Part shown: positions 38,771 to 50,302 of the stretch, in pieces | Layout of the letters: every line of letters begins with the position of its first letter | How positions within the stretch are numbered: the first letter of the stretch is position 1 | Assembly: GCA_964630405.1 (NCBI GenBank) | Contig: CAZVUC010000094.1 | Span: 4,158 to 68,157, forward strand | Length of the DNA: 64,000 nucleotides | From: an uncultured Syntrophobacterales bacterium | Lineage (GTDB): Bacteria > Desulfobacterota > Binatia > UBA9968 > JAJDTQ01 | Direction: 5' to 3' | Notes under the pieces: model-generated | The model's database searches: none | The model's input: the letters and a program-made list of their open reading frames with translations, nothing else | What the model was told of the DNA's origin: nothing | Made by a program: the position numbers and the translations under genes

Positions 38771-39784
38771 TCAACTGTCGCGGTCCGTGAGCAGGCCTAC
38801 AAGCGCCCGGAGGCCGTCCCGCCCCGTGCACTCGGGCAGTTGTTCGATCTCCCGTGACGCCCTGAGCGCGTACTTGCGGGAGAAGCTCCTGGCCCGCTCG
38901 ATGACCGTGCCGTTGCCCATGGCGTCCAGCGCCCGCTGGATGTCGTTCTCGGTGGGGGTCTGGGACTGAAACACCTGGGACACGGTCCGGTGGCCGTCGA
39001 GCAGGGAAAGCACGATGGGCAGGGACGGGTTTCCGTCGCGAAGATCCATTCCCGTGGACTTGCCCAGCAGGTCGCGCCTTCCGACCACGTCGAGCACGTC
39101 GTCCATCATCTGGAAGGCGATGCCCAGGTTGAGCCCGAAACTCGCGGCCATCTCCACCTGCTCGGAAGGCGCCCCGGCGATATAGGCGCCGAGCTTGGCG
39201 CCGGTCTGAAAGAGCGAGGCGGTCTTGCGCTCGACGATGTGGAGATAGTCCTCGGCGGTTACCGTGCGGTTGCGGTTGAACGAGCCTTGCAGGATCTCCC
39301 CCTCGGTCAGGCTGGTGCATGCGTCCGCGGTCCACTGGACCACGGTCTCGTCGAACTTGCCGGCGAACTCGAAGGCCTTGATGAAAAGGAAGTCGCCCGT
39401 AACCAGGGTGCGCGTCAGTCCGTAGCGCTTGTAGGCGGACTGCTTCCCGCGCCTGAACTCCGCGCCGTCGATGATGTCGTCGTGAAGCAGCGTGGCCGCG
39501 TGGATCAGCTCCATGGCCGTGGCGATGTCCACCGCATCCTGTTCCCGCCCGCCGTGGAAGGCCTCGAAGGTCAGCAGCGTGATCACCGGGCGGATGCGTT
39601 TGCCGCCGCCCCGTATGAGGTGCGAGGCGATCTCGGTAATCTCGGACTCCCTGGAGCGGGTGCAGTCGGCGAGCTTCTCCTCCACCCGTTGCAGCTGGCG
39701 GGCAACGAGACTGTAGGGGTCGACGTGGTTGGAGGAGGGCAGGGACTCTTCGGCGCCGTCCGTCAGAAGGTCCCGCGGATCCAT
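38771..39784 (-). CDS. Polyprenyl diphosphate synthase (IspB/HepT-like)
   Basis: GGKRIRP, LLHDDIID, RRG, KTASLF, FQMMDDVLD. Confidence 0.95.
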   Translation of the reverse strand: MDPRDLLTDGAEESLPSSNHVDPYSLVARQLQRVEEKLADCTRSRESEITEIASHLIRGGGKRIRPVITLLTFEAFHGGREQDAVDIATAMELIHAATLLHDDIIDGAEFRRGKQSAYKRYGLTRTLVTGDFLFIKAFEFAGKFDETVVQWTADACTSLTEGEILQGSFNRNRTVTAEDYLHIVERKTASLFQTGAKLGAYIAGAPSEQVEMAASFGLNLGIAFQMMDDVLDVVGRRDLLGKSTGMDLRDGNPSLPIVLSLLDGHRTVSQVFQSQTPTENDIQRALDAMGNGTVIERARSFSRKYALRASREIEQLPECTGRDGLRALVGLLTDRDS

Positions 39785-39865
39785 CTCATGCGGTTGCTGG
39801 GACAGAAGTGACTCCGTTCAGGCTGGTGTTGTCGTACAGATGGCACATATCACTGGGACGGGAAA

Positions 39866-39953
39866 TGGTGCGAAAGGGGGGAATTGAACCCCCACGGGAT
39901 TGCTCCCACAGGATCCTGAATCCTGCGCGTCTACCAAATTCCGCCACTTTCGC
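39866..39953 (-). tRNA. tRNA-Leu(CAG)
   Basis: GCGAAAG acceptor stem, D-loop GGAATTTGGTAGAC, anticodon arm CAGGA-TTCAGGA-TCCTG, long variable arm, GGTTCAATTCC, encoded CCA. Confidence 0.97.
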
Positions 39954-40045
39954 ACGAACGGGAAAGGTTCTATATGTATCAGCGCCCGCGGCCTTGTCAA
40001 GCTCGTCGCACGGTATATTGTCTGCTACTATGTGACTGCATTGAG

Positions 40046-40504
40046 ATGGCCAGCATCCTGATCATCGAGAGGCACCCGATCCTGCGCGAGGCGCTGCGGC
40101 AGTTCCTGTTTCCAGAGCATCAGACCCTGGCACGGGACCGCTGGGCCGGGCCCGGAGACCTTCAGCGCTATGATCTCGTCATCGTGGACCGGGAGACTCT
40201 CGAGGAAGGCGGGCGCACCGTGGACGCGCTCCGGGCGCTGCAGCGCCTGAAGGTCCCCAGCGTCTGGCTGCACCAGGGGCCGGCTCCCTCGTTCAAGCCC
40301 GGGAGGCTCACCGAAACGGTGGCCAAGCCGGTGGAAGGCCCGGCCCTCGAATCGGCGGTGCGTTCGCTGCTGGGCGCGGCCCCCGTTTCACGGAAGCGGC
40401 CGCGGCGGCGGCCGGACGAGCCTGCGGCGGACGAGCCCACGGGCGGCATCATCGAGCTCACCGAGGTGGTGGAGGAGACCGATCCCGGAGAGCCGGACGA
40501 CTAG
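40046..40504 (+). CDS. Atypical receiver-domain protein with short Pro/Arg linker and acidic tail
   Basis: SILIIERHPILREAL, YDLVIVD, VAKPV; C-terminal IIELTEVVEE. Confidence 0.7.
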   Translation: MASILIIERHPILREALRQFLFPEHQTLARDRWAGPGDLQRYDLVIVDRETLEEGGRTVDALRALQRLKVPSVWLHQGPAPSFKPGRLTETVAKPVEGPALESAVRSLLGAAPVSRKRPRRRPDEPAADEPTGGIIELTEVVEETDPGEPDD

Positions 40505-40531
40505 AAATGACGACGGATTCATAGGAGTTCC

Positions 40532-43285
<2,754 letters not shown>

Positions 43286-43322
43286 ACCGCGTGATCGCGG
43301 CCGCCGGACCCGCCTCCGAACC

Positions 43323-44156
43323 ATGTCTTCCACACCGGAGCTTCCCGGCGGACCTTCCCCGGAGGGGTTGACCGCCGATGGGATTCAGGACGGCCTGGAA
43401 ACGAATCGGCTGGGCCGCCGCGTCCACGTGTACCCGGAGCTGGCGTCCACCAACCGGACGGCCCACGCGCTGGCGGAGGCGGGCGCGCCCGAAGGCACCG
43501 TGGTCATCGCGGAAACCCAGACCCGGGGTCAGGGAAGGTTGGGCCGGCATTGGGTTTCCCCCGCCAATCTGAACCTCTACATCTCCTTCATCCTGCGTCC
43601 CCGGCTGGAGCCCGAGGAGTCGGCGAAGATCACGCTGCTGGCCGCCGTGGCGGTCGCCGACACGCTGAAGGATCGGGTTCCCTGCGCGCCACGCATCAAG
43701 TGGCCCAACGACGTGCTGCTGCGCGGCAGGAAGACGGCCGGCATCCTGAGCGAGCTGGCCTGCGAGCCCGGCCGGACGCTGTTCGTGATCGTCGGCATCG
43801 GTCTGAATCTCAACTTTCCGCGCGCGCTCATGCCGCCGGACATCCGCGAACGCGCCACCTCGGTGATGGAGGAGGCCGGCGCTCCGGTGGACCGGCTGCG
43901 GGTCACCCGCTCGCTGGTGCGCAATCTGGAGAACCGCTATATCGAGTTCGAGGAGCGTGGGTTCGAGTCCATCGCCCGGAGTTGGAACGCGTACGCGCGG
44001 ATGGAAGGGCGCCGGGTCCGCGCCCGGACGGCGGACGAGGAGGTGGTGGGGCGGGTGCGCAGGCTGGACGGGAACGGCTTTCTGGTCCTGGAGTGCGGTG
44101 ACGGCCGCATCGAGCGTGTGGTAAGCGGGGATGTTTTCCTGATGGAAGGAGCCTAG
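43323..44156 (+). CDS. birA: Biotin--[acetyl-CoA-carboxylase] ligase lacking the N-terminal HTH
   Basis: STN, QTRGQGRLGRHWVSP, IKWPND, KTAGIL, GIGLN. Confidence 0.93.
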   Translation: MSSTPELPGGPSPEGLTADGIQDGLETNRLGRRVHVYPELASTNRTAHALAEAGAPEGTVVIAETQTRGQGRLGRHWVSPANLNLYISFILRPRLEPEESAKITLLAAVAVADTLKDRVPCAPRIKWPNDVLLRGRKTAGILSELACEPGRTLFVIVGIGLNLNFPRALMPPDIRERATSVMEEAGAPVDRLRVTRSLVRNLENRYIEFEERGFESIARSWNAYARMEGRRVRARTADEEVVGRVRRLDGNGFLVLECGDGRIERVVSGDVFLMEGA

Positions 44157-44948
44157 ATGCTGCTGGCCATCGATATCGGAAACAGCAACATCGTCCTGGG
44201 CGTGTACCAGGGCCGGGAGCTGGTGACCCATTGGCGGCTGGTGACGCAACCGGAACGGACGGTGGACGAATACGGCGCGCTTATCGGCCATCTCGCCGCC
44301 GCCGGGAACATCGGCAGCGACGCCGTGGACGCCATCATCGTGTCCTGCGTGGTCCCGCCCATGGTGGGCATGGTCGACGAACTGGGGCGCCGGTTCTTCG
44401 GAGTGAAGCCGCTGCTGGTGGGACCGGGTCTCAAGACCGGCATGCCGATCCTCTACGACAGCCCCCAGGACGTCGGCGCCGACCGCATCGCCAACGGGGT
44501 GGCGGCCTATGACCGCTTCGGCGCGGCCTGCGTGGTTATCGACTTCGGCACCGCCACCACCTTCGACTGCGTTTCCGACAAAGGGGAGTACCTGGGCGGC
44601 TTGATCGCACCGGGTCTGATGATCGCCGTCGAGGCGCTGTTCCAGCGCGCCTCGAAGCTCCCGCGGGTGGAGGTGGTGTGTCCGGCCAGCGTCATCGGCA
44701 AGTCCACGGTGCACTCGATCCAGTCAGGGATCTACTACGGCTATGTCGGCCTGGTGGACGGCATCGTTCACCGCATCGAGCGGGAGAACCGGATCAAGGC
44801 GCGCGTGGTGGCCACGGGGGGCGTGGCCTCCCTCATCGCCCACGAATCGACGGTGATCGAGGACGTGGACGAATTCTTGACGTTGGAAGGGTTACGGCTT
44901 ATTTTCGAGAGGAACGCGGCTTCGCCGGCGCGCAAGCGGAGGTCGTAG
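44157..44948 (+). CDS. coaX: Type III pantothenate kinase
   Basis: LAIDIGNSN, VGADR, IDFGTATT, ATGG. Confidence 0.96.
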   Translation: MLLAIDIGNSNIVLGVYQGRELVTHWRLVTQPERTVDEYGALIGHLAAAGNIGSDAVDAIIVSCVVPPMVGMVDELGRRFFGVKPLLVGPGLKTGMPILYDSPQDVGADRIANGVAAYDRFGAACVVIDFGTATTFDCVSDKGEYLGGLIAPGLMIAVEALFQRASKLPRVEVVCPASVIGKSTVHSIQSGIYYGYVGLVDGIVHRIERENRIKARVVATGGVASLIAHESTVIEDVDEFLTLEGLRLIFERNAASPARKRRS

Positions 44949-45019
44949 CGGCCTGCCGTGCCGGATTTTCCGAATCCGCCCGGAGCGCGCGGCGCGAGCC
45001 GGTCAAGGGAGGTTGATTC

Positions 45020-47101
45020 ATGGCTGCAATTGAAGCTGCCCGGTTGAGGAACGTCGGTTTGCTTGGACACCGGGGCTCGGGGAAGACGTCCCTGGGCGAG
45101 GCGATGCTGTTCACGGCGGGCCGGACGAACCGGCTGGGCCGGGTAGAGGACGGGACCTCGGCGTTCGACCACGAGCCCGAGGAAATCAACCGGCAGGTCT
45201 CCATCTCAACGGCCTTCCACTCGCTCGAGTGGAACAAGACGGCGTGCGTCCTGGTGGATACGCCGGGCTTCGCCACCTTTCTGCCGGAGACGGTCCATTC
45301 GTTGGCGAGCTTCGGCGGCGCCGTCTTCGTGCTGCACGCGAGCGCAGGCCTGAGGGTGGAGACGGAGCGGCTCTGGGGCTACGCGGCGGAACGCGGGTTG
45401 CCCCGTATGTTCTTCGTCAACCGCATGGATCGGGAAGAGGCGGACCCGGTGGAGGCGGTGGACGCCATCGCGGCGGCTCTGGGCGTCAAGGGGATCCACG
45501 CGCAGCTTCCCATCGGCCACGGCGAGGGCTTCCGCGGGGTCGTCGACCTGATCCGCATGAAGGCTGTATGCGCGGACGCGGACGGCAAGGAGACCGAGGA
45601 GGACATACCGGCGGAGCTTCGGGAACGGGCCGAGGAGATGAGAGTCAATCTCATGGAGAACGTGGCCGAAACCCAGGACGCCCTGCTGGAGAAGTATCTC
45701 GAGGGCCAGGAGCTGACTTCGGAGGAGTTGTCGGAGGGCCTTCGGGACGGGGTCCGCGCGGGCACGCTCTTTCCCGTCCTCTACGGCGCGGCCAGCCGCG
45801 CCGTCGGCGTTGCGGCCTTGCTCGACGCCGTGGTGGAGTGGCTGCCTTCACCGTTGGAGGAGCCGGCGGCCGAGGGAAAGAACCCGGTGACCGGGGAGCC
45901 CGAGACCCGCTCCAAGAGCCCGGACGAGCCGCTTTCCGCCTTCGTGTTCAAGACCATCGTGGATCCCTTCGCCGGCCGCCTGTCCATCATGAGGGTGCTG
46001 TCCGGCACCGTGAAGGCCGACAGCACGGTCTACAACACCGGCAAGGAGGCCAAGGAGAAGATCACCCACTTGTTCCGGCCGGAGGGCGGCAAGAACGAGG
46101 AGGTGTCGGAGGCGGGAGTCGGCGAGATCGTGGCCGCCGCCAAGCTCAAGGACGTGAGTTCCGGTGATACCCTCTGCAGCGAGTCGGCCCCCATCGAATA
46201 CCCCAGGCCGATGGAGTTCAATCCGTCCATCTCCTTCGCGCTTTCCCCCAAGACCCGCGCGGACGAGGACAAGGTCCCCCAGGGGCTCCAGCGGATGATG
46301 GAAGAGGATCCTTCGATCCGGATGCACCGGGACGAGCAGACCCGCGAGTTCATCCTGTCGGGAACCGGCCAGCTCCACATCGAGGTGGTGGTGGACAAGC
46401 TCAAGCGGAAATACGGCGCGGAGGTGGAGCTCAAGGCGCCCAAGGTTCCCTACCGGGAGACCATCAAGACCGCCGCCAGCGCCCAGGGAAAATACAAGAA
46501 ACAGTCCGGCGGCCGGGGCCAGTTCGGCGACACCTGGCTCAAGCTCGAGCCCCTGCCGCGGGGCAAGGGCTTCGAGTTCGTGGACAAGATCGTCGGCGGC
46601 GCCATCCCGCGGAACTACATTCCCGCGGTGGAAAAGGGCATCGTCGAGACCATGTCCAACGGTTATCTGGCCGGCTATCCGATCATGGACGTGCGCGCCA
46701 CCCTGTATGACGGCTCCTTCCATTCGGTGGACTCGTCGGACATGGCCTTCAAGATCGCCGCCTCCATGGGCTTCAAGAACGCCATGGAGGGCGCCAAGCC
46801 GGTGATTCTGGAACCGGTGATGTCCCTGGAGGTGTCGGTGCCCGACGACTGCATGGGGGACGTCATCGGCGACCTGAACAGCCGTCGGGGCAAGGTCCTG
46901 GGCGTGGACGCCAAGGGCAACAGCCAGACCATCAAGGCCCAGGTGCCCATGGCGGAGGTGCTTCAGTACGCATCCGACCTCCGTTCCATGACCAGCGGCA
47001 GGGGAGAGTTCCAGTCCGAGTTCTCCCACTACGAAGAGATGCCGGCGCACCTGATGGAGAAGGTGCAGGCCGAGGCCAAGGCCGAGGCGGCCGGAGACTA
47101 G
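45020..47101 (+). CDS. fusA: Elongation factor G paralogue (EF-G2 type)
   Basis: GHRGSGKT, DTPG, GQLHIE, KKQSGGRGQFG, DGSFHSVDSS; not in an rpsL-rpsG operon. Confidence 0.92.
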   Translation: MAAIEAARLRNVGLLGHRGSGKTSLGEAMLFTAGRTNRLGRVEDGTSAFDHEPEEINRQVSISTAFHSLEWNKTACVLVDTPGFATFLPETVHSLASFGGAVFVLHASAGLRVETERLWGYAAERGLPRMFFVNRMDREEADPVEAVDAIAAALGVKGIHAQLPIGHGEGFRGVVDLIRMKAVCADADGKETEEDIPAELRERAEEMRVNLMENVAETQDALLEKYLEGQELTSEELSEGLRDGVRAGTLFPVLYGAASRAVGVAALLDAVVEWLPSPLEEPAAEGKNPVTGEPETRSKSPDEPLSAFVFKTIVDPFAGRLSIMRVLSGTVKADSTVYNTGKEAKEKITHLFRPEGGKNEEVSEAGVGEIVAAAKLKDVSSGDTLCSESAPIEYPRPMEFNPSISFALSPKTRADEDKVPQGLQRMMEEDPSIRMHRDEQTREFILSGTGQLHIEVVVDKLKRKYGAEVELKAPKVPYRETIKTAASAQGKYKKQSGGRGQFGDTWLKLEPLPRGKGFEFVDKIVGGAIPRNYIPAVEKGIVETMSNGYLAGYPIMDVRATLYDGSFHSVDSSDMAFKIAASMGFKNAMEGAKPVILEPVMSLEVSVPDDCMGDVIGDLNSRRGKVLGVDAKGNSQTIKAQVPMAEVLQYASDLRSMTSGRGEFQSEFSHYEEMPAHLMEKVQAEAKAEAAGD

Positions 47102-47156
47102 CGGCCGCCTCTCGACGGACCGCCGGGGTTTCCTGGTCCGGCGGCGTCCCGATGCC

Positions 47157-47372
47157 ATGGGGAAGAGCTTCGAACAGTTGTCGGCGTCGTTGCTCTACTG
47201 CAACAAGTGCGGTCAGGCCATGCCGGTGCGCGAGCGGCTGCTGCTGGTCCTCCCCGACGGCGACCTCTATGACTACAGTTGCCAGCGTTGCGGCTCTTCG
47301 GTGGGCTCAAAGACCGTGAAGGCGGAGACGGAATTGCCGCAGGCTCCGCCGCGCATCCTACGAGGAATCTGA
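47157..47372 (+). CDS. Small zinc-ribbon protein
   Basis: CNKC...CQRC, 71 aa. Confidence 0.75.
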   Translation: MGKSFEQLSASLLYCNKCGQAMPVRERLLLVLPDGDLYDYSCQRCGSSVGSKTVKAETELPQAPPRILRGI

Positions 47373-47377
47373 CCACG

Positions 47378-48397
47378 ATGATCATCGATTTCCAGAGCCA
47401 TGTCTTCCCGGAGCGCTACATGGAGACCATGGGCCGGCGGGACGGCGCCGTGGTGCTGGAGGAGCCGGACCCCTACAGCGGCATGGCCTATCTCTATGAC
47501 AAGACGCTGGGCTGCCGTATCAACACGGCTATCTTCAAGGGCCGGAACGTCGAGCAGCGGCTGGAGCATATGGACCGGGAAGGCGTGGACGTCCAGGTGG
47601 TGAGCATCCCGGCGCCCGGCGCCGACCGCTACGACCCGGACGACGCGGTGGCCATGGCCCGGGTGGCCAACGACGAGCTGGCGGCCATGTGCAACCGGCA
47701 TCCGGACCGTTTCGTCGGCCTGGCGACTCTGCCCACGGCCTCCATCGAGGCGTCGCTGGAGGAGCTCGACCGGGCGGTCCAGGATCTCGGGCTTCGGGGG
47801 TTCGGCTGCTTCACCAACCTCAACGGCCGGCCGCTGGACGACGAGGTCTTCTTTCCGGTCTACGAAAAGCTCGCGGAGTATGATCTGCCGGTCTACCTCC
47901 ACCCCACGGCGCCCCTGGCCACCGAGGCGGTGGGCCTGGACATCATGCCGATCCTGATCTACGGATGGGCCTTCGACAGCACCGTGGCCATGACCCGGCT
48001 GGTGTACGGGCGGGTGATCGAGCGGTTCCCGACGCTGCCCTTCGTGGTGGCCGACGTCGGCGGGGTGCTGGCCTTCTTCGGCCAGCGCGCAATCAACATC
48101 TACACCGGCCGCACCGACGAGATGCGCGAGCGCTACGGCCTCCAGGAGAATCCGCTGGACTCGTTCCGGCGGTTCTTCGTGGACACCGCGGACCACCCGG
48201 CTAACACGCTCAAGTGCGTCATGGACTTCTTCGGCCCGCGCCAGTTGGTCTTCGGCACCAACTATCCCTACGGTCCGGAGGACGGCTGCGGCTTCATCCG
48301 CAACAGCCTCAAGGCGGTGGACGACCTGGGCCTGGCGCCGGATGCCAGGGAACGGATCCTCGGAAGCAACGCCGCCCGGATCCTGCATATCGAGTAG
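47378..48397 (+). CDS. Amidohydrolase family protein (ACMSD-like)
   Basis: IIDFQSH, VYLHP, ERFP, FGTNYPY, ILGSNAARIL. Confidence 0.9.
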   Translation: MIIDFQSHVFPERYMETMGRRDGAVVLEEPDPYSGMAYLYDKTLGCRINTAIFKGRNVEQRLEHMDREGVDVQVVSIPAPGADRYDPDDAVAMARVANDELAAMCNRHPDRFVGLATLPTASIEASLEELDRAVQDLGLRGFGCFTNLNGRPLDDEVFFPVYEKLAEYDLPVYLHPTAPLATEAVGLDIMPILIYGWAFDSTVAMTRLVYGRVIERFPTLPFVVADVGGVLAFFGQRAINIYTGRTDEMRERYGLQENPLDSFRRFFVDTADHPANTLKCVMDFFGPRQLVFGTNYPYGPEDGCGFIRNSLKAVDDLGLAPDARERILGSNAARILHIE

Positions 48398-48441
48398 CGT
48401 CGTTGCGAAACGGCATACGAGAGAGGTAGCGCCCCCCGAAT

Positions 48442-48620
48442 CGTCATTCCCGCGAAAGCGGGAATCCAGGAGGGGTGAGGCGGGGAAACGCTGTTGTGGC
48501 GCCTCGCCGCCCTTCCACCGCCCCTGGATTCCCGCTTTCGCGGGAATGGCGGAGAAGGAAGGCGGGAATGGCGGAGAGGGAAGGCCGAAATGACGGAGAG
48601 AGGAAAAGCGGAAATGACGA
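48442..48620. repeat. REP pair followed by degenerate 22-24-nt tandem repeats
   Basis: CGTCATTCCCGCGAAAGCGGGAATCCAGG (48442-48470) inverted with 48523-48551; then GGGAATGGCGGAGA(A/G)GGAAGGC twice and decaying copies. Confidence 0.8.
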
Positions 48621-48669
48621 ATTCGGAACTTGCGCACAAGGGAATACACATTCCGGGAGAATCGTTGTC

Positions 48670-50286
48670 ATGACGCAAACTTTACACGAAATCCGGTACG
48701 GCCACGCGGCGCGCACGCTGGTCATGGGCACCCGGGGTGTCATCGCCGCCGGCCATCCGCTGGCCTCCGTGGCCGGCCTCAAGATCATGCAGCGGGGCGG
48801 CAATGCGGTGGACGCGGCGGTGGCCGCGGGCTTCGTTCTGGCGGTGGTCAAGCATGAGGCCTGCGGCCTGGGCGGCGACATGTTCTCGCTCGTCCACATG
48901 AAGGACGAGGGCGGGGTCCGGGCCCTCAACGCCAGCGGCCCGGCGCCGGGCAACGCCACCATCGAGGCGTTCAAGAGCCGCGGCCTGGATGCCGTGCCGA
49001 CCTCCGGGCCCTTGAGCATCTCGGTACCGGGAGCGGTGGACGGATGGCTGGAGCTGCACCGCCGTTACGGCACCGTCGACCTGGCCGAGATCTGCGCCGA
49101 TGCCATCACGCTGGCCCGTGACGGGTTTCCCCTGTACCTTTCGCTGGCCCAGTCCATCCAGGAATGGGCGCCCGCCTGGCCCGGCATCCATCGGTACTTC
49201 CGGGCGCCGCTGGAGGACCTGACGCCGGGCAGGCTGTTGCGGCAGCCGGAACTGGCGGAGGTGCTGGAGGCCATCGTCCGGGACGGACGGGAGGGCTTCT
49301 ACGGCGGCGACGTGGCGGCGCGCATGTGCGCCGGCATCCAGGCCCAGGGCGGTCTGTTGGAGGAACGGGATCTGGAAGGCGGGTTCGCCGAGTGGATGGA
49401 ACCGCTCAGCACCGACTACCGGGGGTATCGGATCCTGGAGCAGCCGCCGGTGTCCCAGGGGTTCGTCGTCCTGACCATGATGAACCTGCTGGAGGGCTAC
49501 GACTGCGACGCGCTGAGCCGGACGGAGCTGGCGCACGTCATGGTGGAGGCCAAGAAGATCGCCTTCGAGGACCGCATCCGGCACCTGGACGATCCGCGCT
49601 TCGGCGATCCGGAAGTACAGCGCCTTATCAGCAAGGAATACGCGGACGCGCGCCGCGCGGACATCGCCGACGTCGCGGGCCCGGTGACCTCGTCCTATGC
49701 CGCCGCCGGCGCCGACACCACCTATCTGTGCGCGGCGGACGGAGACGGCAACGCCATCTCGCTCATCGAAAGCGTGTTCTCCGTGTTCGGGTCGCGGGTG
49801 GTGGCGGGGGATACCGGCATCGTTATGACCAACCGCCTGTGCAGCGCCATGCTGGACCCGGGGAGCGCCAATGCCCTGCAGCCCGGCAAGCGGCCCGCCC
49901 ACACCCTCAACTCCTACATGGTGTTCCACAACGGCGAGTTCCTGGCGGTGGGGGGCACGCCCGGAGCGGACGACCAGCCCCAGACCAACGTGCAGGTGCT
50001 GCACAACCTGCTCGACCTGAAGATGGACCCGCAGTGCGCGCTGGAGACGCCCCGCTGGAGCCACGTACCCGGCACTCCGCCCAACGTGGGCTATCCCGAG
50101 ATGTTGCGGTTGGAGCAGGGCTTCCCGGAGGAAGTGGTGAAGGGCCTGGCGGCCAGGGGTCACCCCGTGACCGTGGTGGAGCCCTGGTCCTTCGGCGGCG
50201 CGGCGCTCATCGCGAGGGATCCCCGGAACGGCACGCTCATGGCCGCCGCAGACCCGCGCCGGGACGGCTACGCGCTCGGCTGGTAG
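48670..50286 (+). CDS. ggt: Gamma-glutamyltransferase family protein
   Basis: GGNAVDAAVA, SVPGAVDGW, DTT nucleophile, PGKRPAHTL, GTPG, ADPRRDG. Confidence 0.93.
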   Translation: MTQTLHEIRYGHAARTLVMGTRGVIAAGHPLASVAGLKIMQRGGNAVDAAVAAGFVLAVVKHEACGLGGDMFSLVHMKDEGGVRALNASGPAPGNATIEAFKSRGLDAVPTSGPLSISVPGAVDGWLELHRRYGTVDLAEICADAITLARDGFPLYLSLAQSIQEWAPAWPGIHRYFRAPLEDLTPGRLLRQPELAEVLEAIVRDGREGFYGGDVAARMCAGIQAQGGLLEERDLEGGFAEWMEPLSTDYRGYRILEQPPVSQGFVVLTMMNLLEGYDCDALSRTELAHVMVEAKKIAFEDRIRHLDDPRFGDPEVQRLISKEYADARRADIADVAGPVTSSYAAAGADTTYLCAADGDGNAISLIESVFSVFGSRVVAGDTGIVMTNRLCSAMLDPGSANALQPGKRPAHTLNSYMVFHNGEFLAVGGTPGADDQPQTNVQVLHNLLDLKMDPQCALETPRWSHVPGTPPNVGYPEMLRLEQGFPEEVVKGLAARGHPVTVVEPWSFGGAALIARDPRNGTLMAAADPRRDGYALGW

Positions 50287-50302
50287 TACCGGCGGATCGC
50301 CT

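Noticed and set aside
39841-39857. TGGCAC as a second sigma54 promoter
   Set aside because: No TTGC at -12, and it points antisense into the tRNA.
39785-39953. Integrative element at tRNA-Leu
   Set aside because: No integrase and no duplicated tRNA 3' end seen; housekeeping genes lie directly downstream.
48542-48620. CRISPR array
   Set aside because: Units are adjacent, degenerate and lack unique spacers; there are no cas genes.
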